Shown here: positions 30,029 through 38,992 of the stretch, piece by piece | Numbering within the stretch: position 1 is the stretch's first letter | Layout: each line of letters begins with the position of its first letter | NCBI GenBank assembly: GCA_016875395.1 | Contig: VGRF01000011.1 | Location: 59,250 to 123,249, forward strand | DNA length: 64,000 bases | Reading direction: 5' to 3' | DNA from: Deltaproteobacteria bacterium | GTDB taxonomy: Bacteria; Myxococcota_A; UBA9160; UBA6930 | Program-made: the position numbers and the translations under genes | The notes under the pieces: generated by a model | Databases searched by the model: none | The model's input: the letters and a program-made list of their open reading frames with translations, nothing else | Told to the model about the DNA's origin: nothing

Positions 30029-31017
30029 CGCTTCCTCTTCGCCGGTGCGCCGTAATGCTTCGCCGCGCGCGCCAGCTCGCTCGCCACGTGCGCGCGCAGC
30101 GCAGCGGGCTCGAGCACCTCCGCGTCCGCGCCGAACGAGAGCACCCAGCTCGCGATCTCCTCGCCGGGGCCTACCTCCATGCGCAGCTCGATCTCGCCGC
30201 CCGGGAGAGCCTCGATCTGCTGCGAGGGGTGCCAGTCGTGCTCGCGCACGTAGAGCGCGCGGCGCGCGCCGAAGCGGATGCGCACGCGCTCGGGCGGCTC
30301 GATCACGACACCGAACGCCGAAGCCGCGCGCGCCTCGAAGTCGAAGTCGTCGGGCACGCTGAAACGCTGTTCGGTGAGCTCGGGCGCGCGGACGCGATCC
30401 ACCGCGAACGTGCGCAGCTCGCCCGACTTGTGGTCGTGCCCGATCGCGTACAGCCCGCCGCTCCGATACCACACGCGATACGGATCGAACTCGCGCGCCT
30501 GCGTCTTCCCCGTGCGCGCCGTCGTGTACTTCATGCGCACCGTGCGCCGCGCGAGCACGGCCTCGTTGAGCGCGCGGATCACGTCCGCGAGATCGGCGTA
30601 GTTCTTGTGCGGGCCGGGCAGCACGCGGAACGACTCGCGCAGCTTCGCGAGAAAGCCCGCCAGCTCGGGGCCGAGGCTCGCGCGGATCTTCGCGAGCGCG
30701 CTCGCGATCGAGTCGTGGAACACGGTGCCCTCGAGGCTCCGTAACAAGTCCTCGCTGAAGCCGAGCGCGAGCAGCTCGTCGGGCGTGAAGGGCGTGTCGC
30801 CGAGCTTGAAGCCGTCGATCACGCGCCAGTAGACGTGCGTGTCGCGGCGCTCACTCGTGACGGGGAAGCCCGCGAACATCAGCGCGTCGAGATCGCGGTA
30901 GACGGTGCGCCGGTTCACGCCGAGCTCGTCCGCGAGCGAGTCGGGCACGACGCCGTAGCGCGCCTTCGCGAGCAGCTGAATCAGCTTCCACTGTCGCGAG
31001 AGTTGGTCGCCGCGCAT
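30025..31017 (-). CDS. WYL-domain transcriptional regulator (HTH - WYL - C-terminal extension)
   Basis: N-terminal [25 protein letters not shown] core [33 protein letters not shown]. Its stop overlaps the copA ATG (ATGA). Confidence 0.85.
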   Translation of the reverse strand: MRGDQLSRQWKLIQLLAKARYGVVPDSLADELGVNRRTVYRDLDALMFAGFPVTSERRDTHVYWRVIDGFKLGDTPFTPDELLALGFSEDLLRSLEGTVFHDSIASALAKIRASLGPELAGFLAKLRESFRVLPGPHKNYADLADVIRALNEAVLARRTVRMKYTTARTGKTQAREFDPYRVWYRSGGLYAIGHDHKSGELRTFAVDRVRAPELTEQRFSVPDDFDFEARAASAFGVVIEPPERVRIRFGARRALYVREHDWHPSQQIEALPGGEIELRMEVGPGEEIASWVLSFGADAEVLEPAALRAHVASELARAAKHYGAPAKRKR

Positions 31018-31062
31018 GCTTCGTCGCTCCGGATCGGCGGCGAACCTAGGCCGATCGCGCGT

Positions 31063-31401
31063 TCATGGCATTGCCTCGATCGCGAGGAAGGCTTCAGCGC
31101 TCGCGTCGAACTGTTCAATCGCTCGGACCCGAGACCGCAACGCCTCGTCTACCTCGTCGACCGAGCAGTTCCCCAGCCGAACCCAGATCACCTTCGGAGG
31201 GGGTCCACGCCACACGCTGAGTTGGTGGAAGTCAGAGTCCTTGCTGACGATCGCGAAGCCGTTCTCACGGGCGAAATCCCAAACATCTCGATCGCGCGCA
31301 GTGCCGAGCCCGATGTCGAAGACGTGAGCTGAACCTGGAAACTGCGCCGCGAGCCGTCGCACCAGTGAGGGAGCGAGGTTCTGATCGAACAGCAGCTTCA
31401 A
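31063..31401 (-). CDS. DUF5615 (Mut7-C/PIN-like) putative toxin
   Basis: The TTG at 31401 overlaps the DUF433 stop (TTGA). KLLFDQNLAPSLVRRL...IVSKDSDF is the typical DUF5615 pattern. Confidence 0.7.
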   Translation of the reverse strand: MKLLFDQNLAPSLVRRLAAQFPGSAHVFDIGLGTARDRDVWDFARENGFAIVSKDSDFHQLSVWRGPPPKVIWVRLGNCSVDEVDEALRSRVRAIEQFDASAEAFLAIEAMP

Positions 31402-31625
31402 GCGGCTGCGAACTTCCGCTCGCGATCCGCGGCGTACTCCAGACACGCGAGGATGTCTTCGTGCTCGAGGTACGGGAACTCCGCCAGCAGCTGCGCCTCG
31501 GTCATGCCGCTCGCGAGGTACTCGAGCACGTCACCCACGGTGATGCGCATGCCGCGGATGCACGGTTTTCCGCTGCGCTTGCCGGGCTCGATCGTGATGC
31601 GATCGCGATGACTCATACGGGGCAC
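31398..31625 (-). CDS. DUF433 domain protein (putative antitoxin/HTH partner of DUF5615)
   Basis: GKPCIRGMRITVGDVLEYLASGMT...ILACLEYA is the DUF433 signature. The start could also be the ATG at 31616. Confidence 0.78.
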   Translation of the reverse strand: MPRMSHRDRITIEPGKRSGKPCIRGMRITVGDVLEYLASGMTEAQLLAEFPYLEHEDILACLEYAADRERKFAAA

Positions 31626-31645
31626 CCTAACGCTGCACGTTCCGG

Positions 31646-31688
31646 CCGGTCAAACGAAACGGGCGCCTCCGTTTCCGGAAGCGCCCGT
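31646..31688 (-). terminator. Probable intrinsic terminator downstream of efp
   Basis: On the minus strand: ACGGGCGC, a 14-nt loop, GCGCCCGT, then TTCGTTTG. Confidence 0.55.
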
Positions 31689-31713
31689 CGTTGGGCTTCG
31701 TCTCGAAGGCGCG

Positions 31714-32274
31714 TTACGCCGCGCGCTCCACGTACGCGCCGGTGCGCGTGTCGACGCGGATCTTCTCGCCTTCCTTGATGAAGAGCGGCACGAGCACGGT
31801 CGCGCCCGTCTCGATCTTCGCCTTCTTCGTGGCGCCGCTGGCGGTGTCGCCTTTGATGCCGGGCTCCGTCTCGACCACCTTCGCGATCACGAACGACGGG
31901 ATCTCGATGTTGATCGGCTGGCCCTTGTAGAGAATCACCGAGACCTCGGCGTTCTCTTGCAGGTAGTTCTTCGCGTCGCCGACCTGCTCGAGCGGGATCG
32001 TGATCTGCTCGAAGCTCTGGTTGTCCATGCACACGAGCCCGTCCGCTTCCGCGTACAGGTACTGCATGTTGCGGTCCTCGACGTCGGCCTCCACCACGCG
32101 CTCGCCCGCGCGGTAGGTGCGGTCGACCGTCTTGCCCGTGCGCAGGTTCTTGATCTTGGTGCGCACGAACGCGCCGCCCTTGCCGGGCTTCACGTGCTGG
32201 AAGTACGTCATCACCCAGGGGTCGCCCTCGATCTCGAGCTTCATCCCGTTGTGAAAGTCGGACGTATCGGGCAT
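31714..32274 (-). CDS. efp: Elongation factor P
   Basis: ATG at 32274 with a GAGGAG SD. VKPGKGGAFVRTKIKNLRTG contains the conserved modified Lys loop. Three-domain length (186 aa). Confidence 0.95.
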   Translation of the reverse strand: MPDTSDFHNGMKLEIEGDPWVMTYFQHVKPGKGGAFVRTKIKNLRTGKTVDRTYRAGERVVEADVEDRNMQYLYAEADGLVCMDNQSFEQITIPLEQVGDAKNYLQENAEVSVILYKGQPINIEIPSFVIAKVVETEPGIKGDTASGATKKAKIETGATVLVPLFIKEGEKIRVDTRTGAYVERAA

Positions 32275-32390
32275 CGCATTCTCCTCAATCACCGAGTCTT
32301 GCGGGCGTCACGTTTCGTCAAGGGTGCGCGAACTCGCGGCGCCTCGGCGGTCCCGTCGCCTCGCTGCGCGCGACGCTTTGCGTCGCTTAC

Positions 32391-33335
32391 CTAGGCCTTC
32401 GCCGCCTTCACCGCCGCAGTCAGCTTCGGCACGATCTCGAACAGATCGCCTACTGCGCCGAGCTGCGCGACCTCGAAGATCGGCGCGTCGGGGTCCTTGT
32501 TGATCGCGATGATGTAGTTCGCGCCCTTCATGCCCACGAGGTGCTGGATCGCGCCGCTGATGCCGCACGCGACGTACAGCTTCGGCGTCACGATCTGGCC
32601 CGACGAGCCGACCTGGTACTCGTGGGGCAGCCAGCCCGCGTCGACCACCGGGCGCGAAGCGCCCATCTGGCCGCCGAGCGCGTCGGCGAGCGGCTTGATC
32701 ACTTCGCCGAACTTCTCCGGCGCGCCGACGCCGCGGCCGCCCGACACGATGATGTCGGCCTTCGTGAGGTCGTGGCCCTTCGCGGCCGCCACCTTCGTCT
32801 CGACGAACTTCGCCTTCAGGCCCGCGAGGTCGACCGAGAGTTTCTCGACCTTGCCGTCGGCGGAGCCTTCGAACGGCTTGTTCGCGCCGGGCTGCACCGT
32901 CACGACGGTCTTGCCGCCGCTCGCGACTATGCGCGCGTCGAGCTTGCCGTTGAACACGCGGCGGATGAACGCGCCGTCCGCGAAGTTGAACGCGTCGGAC
33001 ACGAACGCCGCGTCGAGGCCCGCGGCTACGCGGCCCGCGACGTCCCAGCCCGAGGGCGTGTTCGAGATCAGCACCGTGGTCGCGCCCGAAGCGGCGACCG
33101 CGGCCTTGATCACGCGCGTGTACGCGTCCGCGCTGTAGCTCGCGAGCGCGGCGTCGTCGGCGACGTGCACCGTGCCGGCGCCTTTCTTCGCGAACTCGTC
33201 GGCCGCGGCGGAGACGCCGCTGCCGATCACGAGGCCCCTCACGTCGCCGCCGATCTTCTTGGCGAACGCGATCAGCTCGTAGCTCGCCTCGCGAACGGCG
33301 CCCTTCTGGATTTCACCAACAACGAGAATCGTCAT
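32391..33335 (-). CDS. etfA: Electron transfer flavoprotein alpha subunit
   Basis: The C-terminal FAD block PKLYVACGISGAIQHLVGMKGANYIIAINKDPDAPIF is diagnostic. Confidence 0.95.
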   Translation of the reverse strand: MTILVVGEIQKGAVREASYELIAFAKKIGGDVRGLVIGSGVSAAADEFAKKGAGTVHVADDAALASYSADAYTRVIKAAVAASGATTVLISNTPSGWDVAGRVAAGLDAAFVSDAFNFADGAFIRRVFNGKLDARIVASGGKTVVTVQPGANKPFEGSADGKVEKLSVDLAGLKAKFVETKVAAAKGHDLTKADIIVSGGRGVGAPEKFGEVIKPLADALGGQMGASRPVVDAGWLPHEYQVGSSGQIVTPKLYVACGISGAIQHLVGMKGANYIIAINKDPDAPIFEVAQLGAVGDLFEIVPKLTAAVKAAKA

Positions 33336-33365
33336 CTCAGTTCTCCACGCGTTCGACGCTGCTCG

Positions 33366-34151
33366 TCAGAGCAGGCCGAGCTCCTTGATCTTGGTGACGA
33401 GCCCCGCGACGACCTCGTCCGCGCTGCCCTTCAGGATCTGCGCGCCCGAGCCCTTCGGCGGCGCGTAAATCTTCTGGATCTTCACCTTCGCCGCGGCGGC
33501 GCCGACCTTGCCCGCGAGGCCGAGGTCGGCCGCGGTCTTCACGTCGATCGGCTTCTTCTTCGCGGCCATGATGCCCTTCAGCGACGCGTAGCGGACCTGG
33601 TTGAGGCCCGTCTGCACCGCGAGCACGCACGGGCCTTCGAGGTCGACCACTTCGAGCGCGCCGCCTTCGAGCTCGCGCTCGACGCGGAAGCCGCTCGCGG
33701 TCTTCTCCGTCTTCACGCAGCCCGTCGCGCTGGGGATGCCGAGCAGCTCGCCGAGCATCGGGCCCACGGCCGACGCGTTCGAGTCGTCGCTCATCAGGCC
33801 CATGAAGACCGCGTCGCAGCCGACGCTCTTCGCGACCGCGGCGAGCGTGCGCGCGATGCCGAGCGCGTCGCTGCCGTCGACCGCGGTGTCCTTCACGTGC
33901 ACCGCGCGATCCGCGCCCATGCCGAGGGCGGTGCGCAGCGCCTGCGTCACGCGCTCGGGCCCGATCGACGCCACGACCACCTCGGTCGAGGCGTCCTTGT
34001 CCTTCAGCCGCAGCGCCTCTTCGAGCGCGAAGCTGTCGTAGCTGTTGATCTCGAACTTGATGCCGTCTTCCTTGATCCACTGGCCGTCGCCCGAGATGTC
34101 GAGGCGCGCGTCGGCGTGCGGCACCTGCTTCAAGCAAACGAGAATCTTCAT
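33366..34151 (-). CDS. etfB: Electron transfer flavoprotein beta subunit
   Basis: ATG at 34151 with a GGAGAG SD. MKILVCLKQVP... is the canonical ETF-beta N-terminus. Confidence 0.95.
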   Translation of the reverse strand: MKILVCLKQVPHADARLDISGDGQWIKEDGIKFEINSYDSFALEEALRLKDKDASTEVVVASIGPERVTQALRTALGMGADRAVHVKDTAVDGSDALGIARTLAAVAKSVGCDAVFMGLMSDDSNASAVGPMLGELLGIPSATGCVKTEKTASGFRVERELEGGALEVVDLEGPCVLAVQTGLNQVRYASLKGIMAAKKKPIDVKTAADLGLAGKVGAAAAKVKIQKIYAPPKGSGAQILKGSADEVVAGLVTKIKELGLL

Positions 34152-34394
34152 CGTGCTCTCCATCGAGGTTCGTCCGGACCCCGAGGAACTGGGCGCGCGG
34201 CGATCGCGCGAGAAGCACCGATGGGGGGCCGAAAAGCGGCGCGCACGGTAACGGACGAGGTTTTCGCGTTCAACGCGACGCGTCAGAAAAAGCGGGCGGA
34301 TTCGGGGGGTTACGCGTGAGGCCGAGCGCCGCGCTCGCGCGTTACGTGCGCCTCCTGCGCGCCGCTTGCCCGCGCGCGTTTCGCGTGGGCGCCG

Positions 34395-35678
34395 TCAGCG
34401 TGCGTGGTACGCGACCGGGCACGGCGCCTCGGCGCGCGCGACGCCGCCGATCTGGCGGCGGCGCGGCCGCGCGCTCGCGAAGCGCGGCTGCAGCTCGAAG
34501 CGTTCCACCAGCGCGCGCACCGCGACGCGAATCGCGCTGATCGAGAAGCGCTGCGCGGGACAGCTGTGCCGGCCGTGGCCGAAGGTGGAGACGAGCTCGC
34601 GCGCGGGCAGCGCCGCGAGCACGTCGTCGGCGAGCTTGCGCCCGGCATAGTGATCCGGGTCGAAGCGATCGAGGCCCGGCGCGGCAGTCGGGTTGGTCAC
34701 GGACAGCATGGTCGTCAGGAACACGCCCGGTGCGAGCGTGAGCTTGCCTTGCTCGGTCTCTAGCTCGAACGGGCGCAGCACGCGGCGCAGCGTGATCGAG
34801 CGCTGCGCGAAGCGGATCGATTCGTAGGCGCAGCGCTCGAGCAGCGCGTCGTCGCCCGCGCGCACTCGCTCGAGCAGCGCCGGATGCAGCAGCAAGTTCA
34901 CGAGCGTCCACGCGAGCGCGGCGGGCAGGTTCGACTGCGCGCCCATCTGGATCAGCATCACGTCGCGCGCCACCTGCACGTTGCGCTCGGGCAACGCCAC
35001 GTCCGCGAAGCTCGCCTCGATCCGTGCGAGGAAGTCGTCGTGCGCGGCGCCGCTCGCGCGCCGCGCGTCGAGGATCTCGCCGAGCATCGCTTCGATCTCG
35101 CGCATCGCGGCCCACTCGCGTCGCTTGCCGGTGGCGGTGCTCCAGAACGTCGAGATCGGCTTCACGAACGAGTCGCCCGTGTCGAGTCGGTCGAAGGCGC
35201 GAATCATGCGATCGAGGTACTTCGGTGACGCCGCTTCGAGCCCGGCCCACGACGCGAGGCCGAGCCTGTACCCGAGTCGCTTCGCTTCGCGGAACGCCTC
35301 GAGCTCGCCGCTCGTCCCCAATGCCTCGAGCTCGAGCGCGACCGCGCGGTGCAGGTTGTCGAGGTACGTCTCGACGTCGGGGTTCTTGAACAGATCGTGC
35401 GGGCGATTGCGCCGGCCGATCGCCAGCTCGAGCGGAATCTTGTGCTTGAACACGAGCTCGAACGTGGCGAGCCCGAAGCTCGCGTGATCCTCGGGCGCGG
35501 CGTAGAGCGCGGCGACGCCCTTCGGCGAGAACACGCAGCACAGGCGATAGCCGAGCGCGTCGACCACGAACGTGTCGCCGAGCTTCGCGCGCTGCGCCGC
35601 GAAGAACTCGGTGGGCGCGCGCAGCAAGCCGATCCCCGCGCCGAGCCACGGCAGCGCGCCCGCTGCGCGCGGCGGCAT
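34395..35678 (-). CDS. Cytochrome P450
   Basis: ATG at 35678. The heme loop is FGHGRHSCPAQRF (FxxGxHxCxG-like). 427 aa. Confidence 0.82.
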   Translation of the reverse strand: MPPRAAGALPWLGAGIGLLRAPTEFFAAQRAKLGDTFVVDALGYRLCCVFSPKGVAALYAAPEDHASFGLATFELVFKHKIPLELAIGRRNRPHDLFKNPDVETYLDNLHRAVALELEALGTSGELEAFREAKRLGYRLGLASWAGLEAASPKYLDRMIRAFDRLDTGDSFVKPISTFWSTATGKRREWAAMREIEAMLGEILDARRASGAAHDDFLARIEASFADVALPERNVQVARDVMLIQMGAQSNLPAALAWTLVNLLLHPALLERVRAGDDALLERCAYESIRFAQRSITLRRVLRPFELETEQGKLTLAPGVFLTTMLSVTNPTAAPGLDRFDPDHYAGRKLADDVLAALPARELVSTFGHGRHSCPAQRFSISAIRVAVRALVERFELQPRFASARPRRRQIGGVARAEAPCPVAYHAR

Positions 35679-35701
35679 CGGCGAGATGTCGGGCAGCGCG
35701 C

Positions 35702-37039
35702 TCACGGCGTGCGCGCGGCGGCGCGTGCGTCGAGCTCGCTGCGAATGCGCGCGTGTGTGGCCTGCGTGAGATCGAAGCGGAGGAACGCGAGCGTTCCGAT
35801 GCCGTAGCCGACGATGGGCGCGCCTCCCATCAGCAGGATCATCGCGCGCTTCACCGTTTCGGATTGATCTGCGTTCTCGACGTAGCCCGCGGCATCGAGC
35901 GCGATCCCGGTGATTCCGATCATCACGCCCGTCGCGAGCTTCGAGACGAAGCTCCATGCCGCGAAGTAAGCGCCTTCTTTGCGCTCACCCGTCGCGTGCT
36001 CGTCCACGTCGATCAGGTCCGCCTTGAGCGACTGGCCGAGGGTCGCGCCGCACGCATTCGCGGTGCCTGCCACGACCGAGGAGATCGACATGAGCAGCCA
36101 GTCGCCCTCGCCGAGCCAGAACAGCATGCCGAAGCCGAGGCCGCCCTGAACCATCGCCCACAGCCAAAGCCGGCGTTTCTCGAACCTGCGCGCGAGCCGC
36201 ACCCACAGCGGCACCGCGAGCAGGGTCGACGTGGTGTAGACGATCAGCATGGCTGGAACGAGCTCGGGAGTTTTCATCACGTAACGAATCACGAACGGCA
36301 CGAGCGCTCCGATCGCGCCGACCCCTAATGACTCGATGAAGAACACGAACAGCAAGAGGCGCGCGAGCCGGTTCCCCCACACGTCGCGCATCGACTTCCA
36401 GAGGCTCAGGCCGCCGCGTCCGGTGTAGTCGCTGCGCTCGGGCGGGAGCGCGAGCACGCCCCAGACGATCGATGCCGCGGTCGCGAGGCCGACGCCGACG
36501 CCGAGCCAAACCGCCGCGCCGCGGGGATCGGCCGATTGCGTGAGCACGTACGTGCCGAGGCCGAACGAACCGAACAGTCCGAGCGTTCGCACGACTTGGC
36601 GCACGCCGAAGATGCGGTTGCGCTCGGCCTGCGAATGCGAGAGCTCCGCGCCGAGCGCCATGTTCGGCACGTCGAACATGGTCTGCGCCGTGTAGAAGCC
36701 CACGATCGAGAAGGCGATCCAGGCGTGGAGCGCGAAGGGCGAGAGCCCCTGCGGTGGCGCCCACGCCATCGCGCCGAACGCGAAGAGCGGGAGCGCGGAC
36801 GCGAGCATCCAGGAGCGCCGCCGGCCGAGCCGCGAGCGCGTGCGATCACTCCAGTTTCCCGCGAGCGGATCGGAGACCGCGTCCCAAACCTTGCCGACGA
36901 GGAAGATCGTGCCGACCACGCCGATCGAAGCGCCGAGCACGTCGGCCGCAAAGTTCAGGTACATCACGAGCACGAGCGTCGAGAGGAACGACACCCCGAG
37001 CCCCGGCGCGGCGTACGCCCAGAGATGCGCGCGAGTCAT
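35702..37039 (-). CDS. MFS transporter, glycoside-pentoside-hexuronide (GPH/MelB-like) family
   Basis: About 12 TM helices. GKVWDAVSDPLAGNWSDRTRSRLGRRR is the GPH loop 2-3 signature. Confidence 0.82.
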   Translation of the reverse strand: MTRAHLWAYAAPGLGVSFLSTLVLVMYLNFAADVLGASIGVVGTIFLVGKVWDAVSDPLAGNWSDRTRSRLGRRRSWMLASALPLFAFGAMAWAPPQGLSPFALHAWIAFSIVGFYTAQTMFDVPNMALGAELSHSQAERNRIFGVRQVVRTLGLFGSFGLGTYVLTQSADPRGAAVWLGVGVGLATAASIVWGVLALPPERSDYTGRGGLSLWKSMRDVWGNRLARLLLFVFFIESLGVGAIGALVPFVIRYVMKTPELVPAMLIVYTTSTLLAVPLWVRLARRFEKRRLWLWAMVQGGLGFGMLFWLGEGDWLLMSISSVVAGTANACGATLGQSLKADLIDVDEHATGERKEGAYFAAWSFVSKLATGVMIGITGIALDAAGYVENADQSETVKRAMILLMGGAPIVGYGIGTLAFLRFDLTQATHARIRSELDARAAARTP

Positions 37040-37046
37040 CCCCGGC

Positions 37047-37739
37047 TCAAGCGCCCATGAACATCAGGAAGTCGTCGAGGCTCGCGACGCGCAGGTACGG
37101 ATTGCGCCGCTTCTGCTCGCCCATGTCGCCGTAGGGCGCGGCGGAGTAGTGGTGGCCCGGGTAGAGGATCGTGTCGTCGGGCAGCTTCTTCAGCTTGTTA
37201 TGGAGCGAGTCGAACATCTGCGCGGGGTCGCTGCCGGGCAGGTCGACGCGGCCGCAGCTGCCGAGGAAGAGCGTGTCGCCGCTGACGAGCTTGCCCGGGT
37301 GCGCCGCCTCCTCGACGAAGAAGCACTGCGAGCCCGGCGTGTGGCCGGGGGTGTGCAGCAGGCGCACCGTGATCGCGCCGAGGGTGAGCGCATCGCCGCC
37401 CGCGTGGCGCACGAGATCGCTCTCGGAGAGCGCGGTCACCTTGCGCACGCCATCGGCCTCGTGCGCGTTCACGTGCACCGGCACGGGCGCGCGCGCCATC
37501 AGCCGCGCGAGCCCCTCGATCTCCATGCCGAAGATGCGCCCGCCGACGTGGTCCTGGTGGTAGTGCGTGACGAGCGCGCCGGTGACGCGCATGCCGTCCG
37601 CCTCGGCGCGATCGACCAGCGCGTCCACCGCCCACGCGGGGTCGACGATCAGGCACTCGCGCGTGGACTTGCTGCCGATCAGGTACGCGAAGTTCTGCAT
37701 GTCGCCCACGGCGAGCTGCTGGAAGTAGAGATCGGACAT
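37047..37739 (-). CDS. MBL-fold metallo-hydrolase (glyoxalase II / persulfide dioxygenase-like)
   Basis: ATG at 37739. THYHQDHVGG (HxHxDH) and HTPGHTPGS blocks. Confidence 0.82.
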   Translation of the reverse strand: MSDLYFQQLAVGDMQNFAYLIGSKSTRECLIVDPAWAVDALVDRAEADGMRVTGALVTHYHQDHVGGRIFGMEIEGLARLMARAPVPVHVNAHEADGVRKVTALSESDLVRHAGGDALTLGAITVRLLHTPGHTPGSQCFFVEEAAHPGKLVSGDTLFLGSCGRVDLPGSDPAQMFDSLHNKLKKLPDDTILYPGHHYSAAPYGDMGEQKRRNPYLRVASLDDFLMFMGA

Positions 37740-37927
37740 CGGGCCTCCGAATTCGCGCAGCTTGGTGCGGAACGCGTGCGCGGCGCAAGGCGCGCGGGTC
37801 CGAACAGCTCGTGGGCCACCCCGCGCGCAGCGAGATGCCGTACGGCGGAGGTTGCGAGCTGTCTGCCGCTCCTTTCGATGCCACCTCCGGCGACCCGAAG
37901 CCACTCCATTGGGCAAGGAGCTTGCGG

Positions 37928-38566
37928 ATGCGGCTTTCAGGAATCGGACTTGCGGCTCTCTTCTCTGTCCACGCGTTTGCCGGCAACGCGGGCGCGACGC
38001 CGCTCGCCTCGCTGCCCGGGATCGCGTCGATCACGGTTTGGGAGGACACGAAGCAACTCGCGACGGATCCCCTCGATCAGCGCGTGTTCGCGATCTCCGA
38101 CGCTGCCCTTGCAACGCGTCTCGCGGTCCTCGACGCCGCGAACAACGACTTCGCGTCGAGCGTCGGCGAGTTCTACGACGTGTTCCTCTCCGACTCGGAC
38201 GGGACGCCGGACGCGATGGGCGAGTACCTCACGATCGAGGTCATCTACGACACGCCTGGCTCCAACGGCGGAAACATCAATCGCATCGACCTCAACTTCT
38301 CGAGCGGCCCCACGCAGTTCGCCGACTCCGTTGCGAGCTTCGTGACCGCCGGTCCCGGCGTCGCGGGCTCGGTCGGTAACGCGGTGGATGCCGACATCGA
38401 CACGACGACGCTCCTCGGCAGCACGTTCGGCACCTCAGGGCGCTTGCGCTTGACCGTCGGCTTCTCTGCGACCGCCGTGCCCGAGCCTGCAGTCACCTCC
38501 CTGCTGGCATTGGGCCTCGGTCTCGCGGTTGCCAAGCTCGGTAGACGTCGCTCCGCTCGCCTCTGA
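37928..38566 (+). CDS. PEP-CTERM sorting-domain secreted protein
   Basis: ATG at 37928 with a signal peptide. C-terminal VPEPAVTSLLALGLGLAVAKLGRRR (PEP motif, TM helix, Arg cluster). Confidence 0.8.
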   Translation: MRLSGIGLAALFSVHAFAGNAGATPLASLPGIASITVWEDTKQLATDPLDQRVFAISDAALATRLAVLDAANNDFASSVGEFYDVFLSDSDGTPDAMGEYLTIEVIYDTPGSNGGNINRIDLNFSSGPTQFADSVASFVTAGPGVAGSVGNAVDADIDTTTLLGSTFGTSGRLRLTVGFSATAVPEPAVTSLLALGLGLAVAKLGRRRSARL

Positions 38567-38591
38567 GGGCGGCCGCGACGACGTCCGTCGC

Positions 38592-38897
38592 TCAGTCCGG
38601 CAGCTCGATGTGCAGCGTGTCGCCCTCGAGCCACGCGCGGTGCACGCGCACGCGCGCGCCGTCGTCTTTGCCTTCGCCGCTGCGCACGTCGTAGGCGTAG
38701 CCGTGCACCGGGCAGATCACGCACTCGCGCTCGATCTCGCCCTCGCCGAGGCTCGCGCCCGCGTGGGGACAGATGCCGTCGATCGCGAAGTACCCCGACT
38801 CGGTGCGCCCGATCGCGAGCAATCGCCCCGCGATCGTGAACGCGCGTACCTCGCCGACGCGCAGCTTCGAGGCGGGGGAGAGCGTGTGGACGCTCAT
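38592..38897 (-). CDS. Rieske [2Fe-2S] domain protein (NirD-like small subunit size)
   Basis: CPHAG ... CPVHG ligand boxes. 101 aa. Confidence 0.85.
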   Translation of the reverse strand: MSVHTLSPASKLRVGEVRAFTIAGRLLAIGRTESGYFAIDGICPHAGASLGEGEIERECVICPVHGYAYDVRSGEGKDDGARVRVHRAWLEGDTLHIELPD

Positions 38898-38992
38898 TCA
38901 CGCACCGGTCGACGGGCAGCGCGGCGGGCCAAAAGGGGTCAGACCCCGCGTGGTCGGTTGCGCTGAATCCGCGGCCACTCGCGCGCTCGCGG

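Noticed and set aside
37909-37927. A sigma54-like GG-N10-GC pattern (TTGGGCAAGGAGCTTGCGG) in front of the first PEP-CTERM gene.
   Set aside because: It ends 3 nt before the ATG, so the predicted transcription start would fall inside the CDS. The AAGGAG inside it is more simply the ribosome-binding site.
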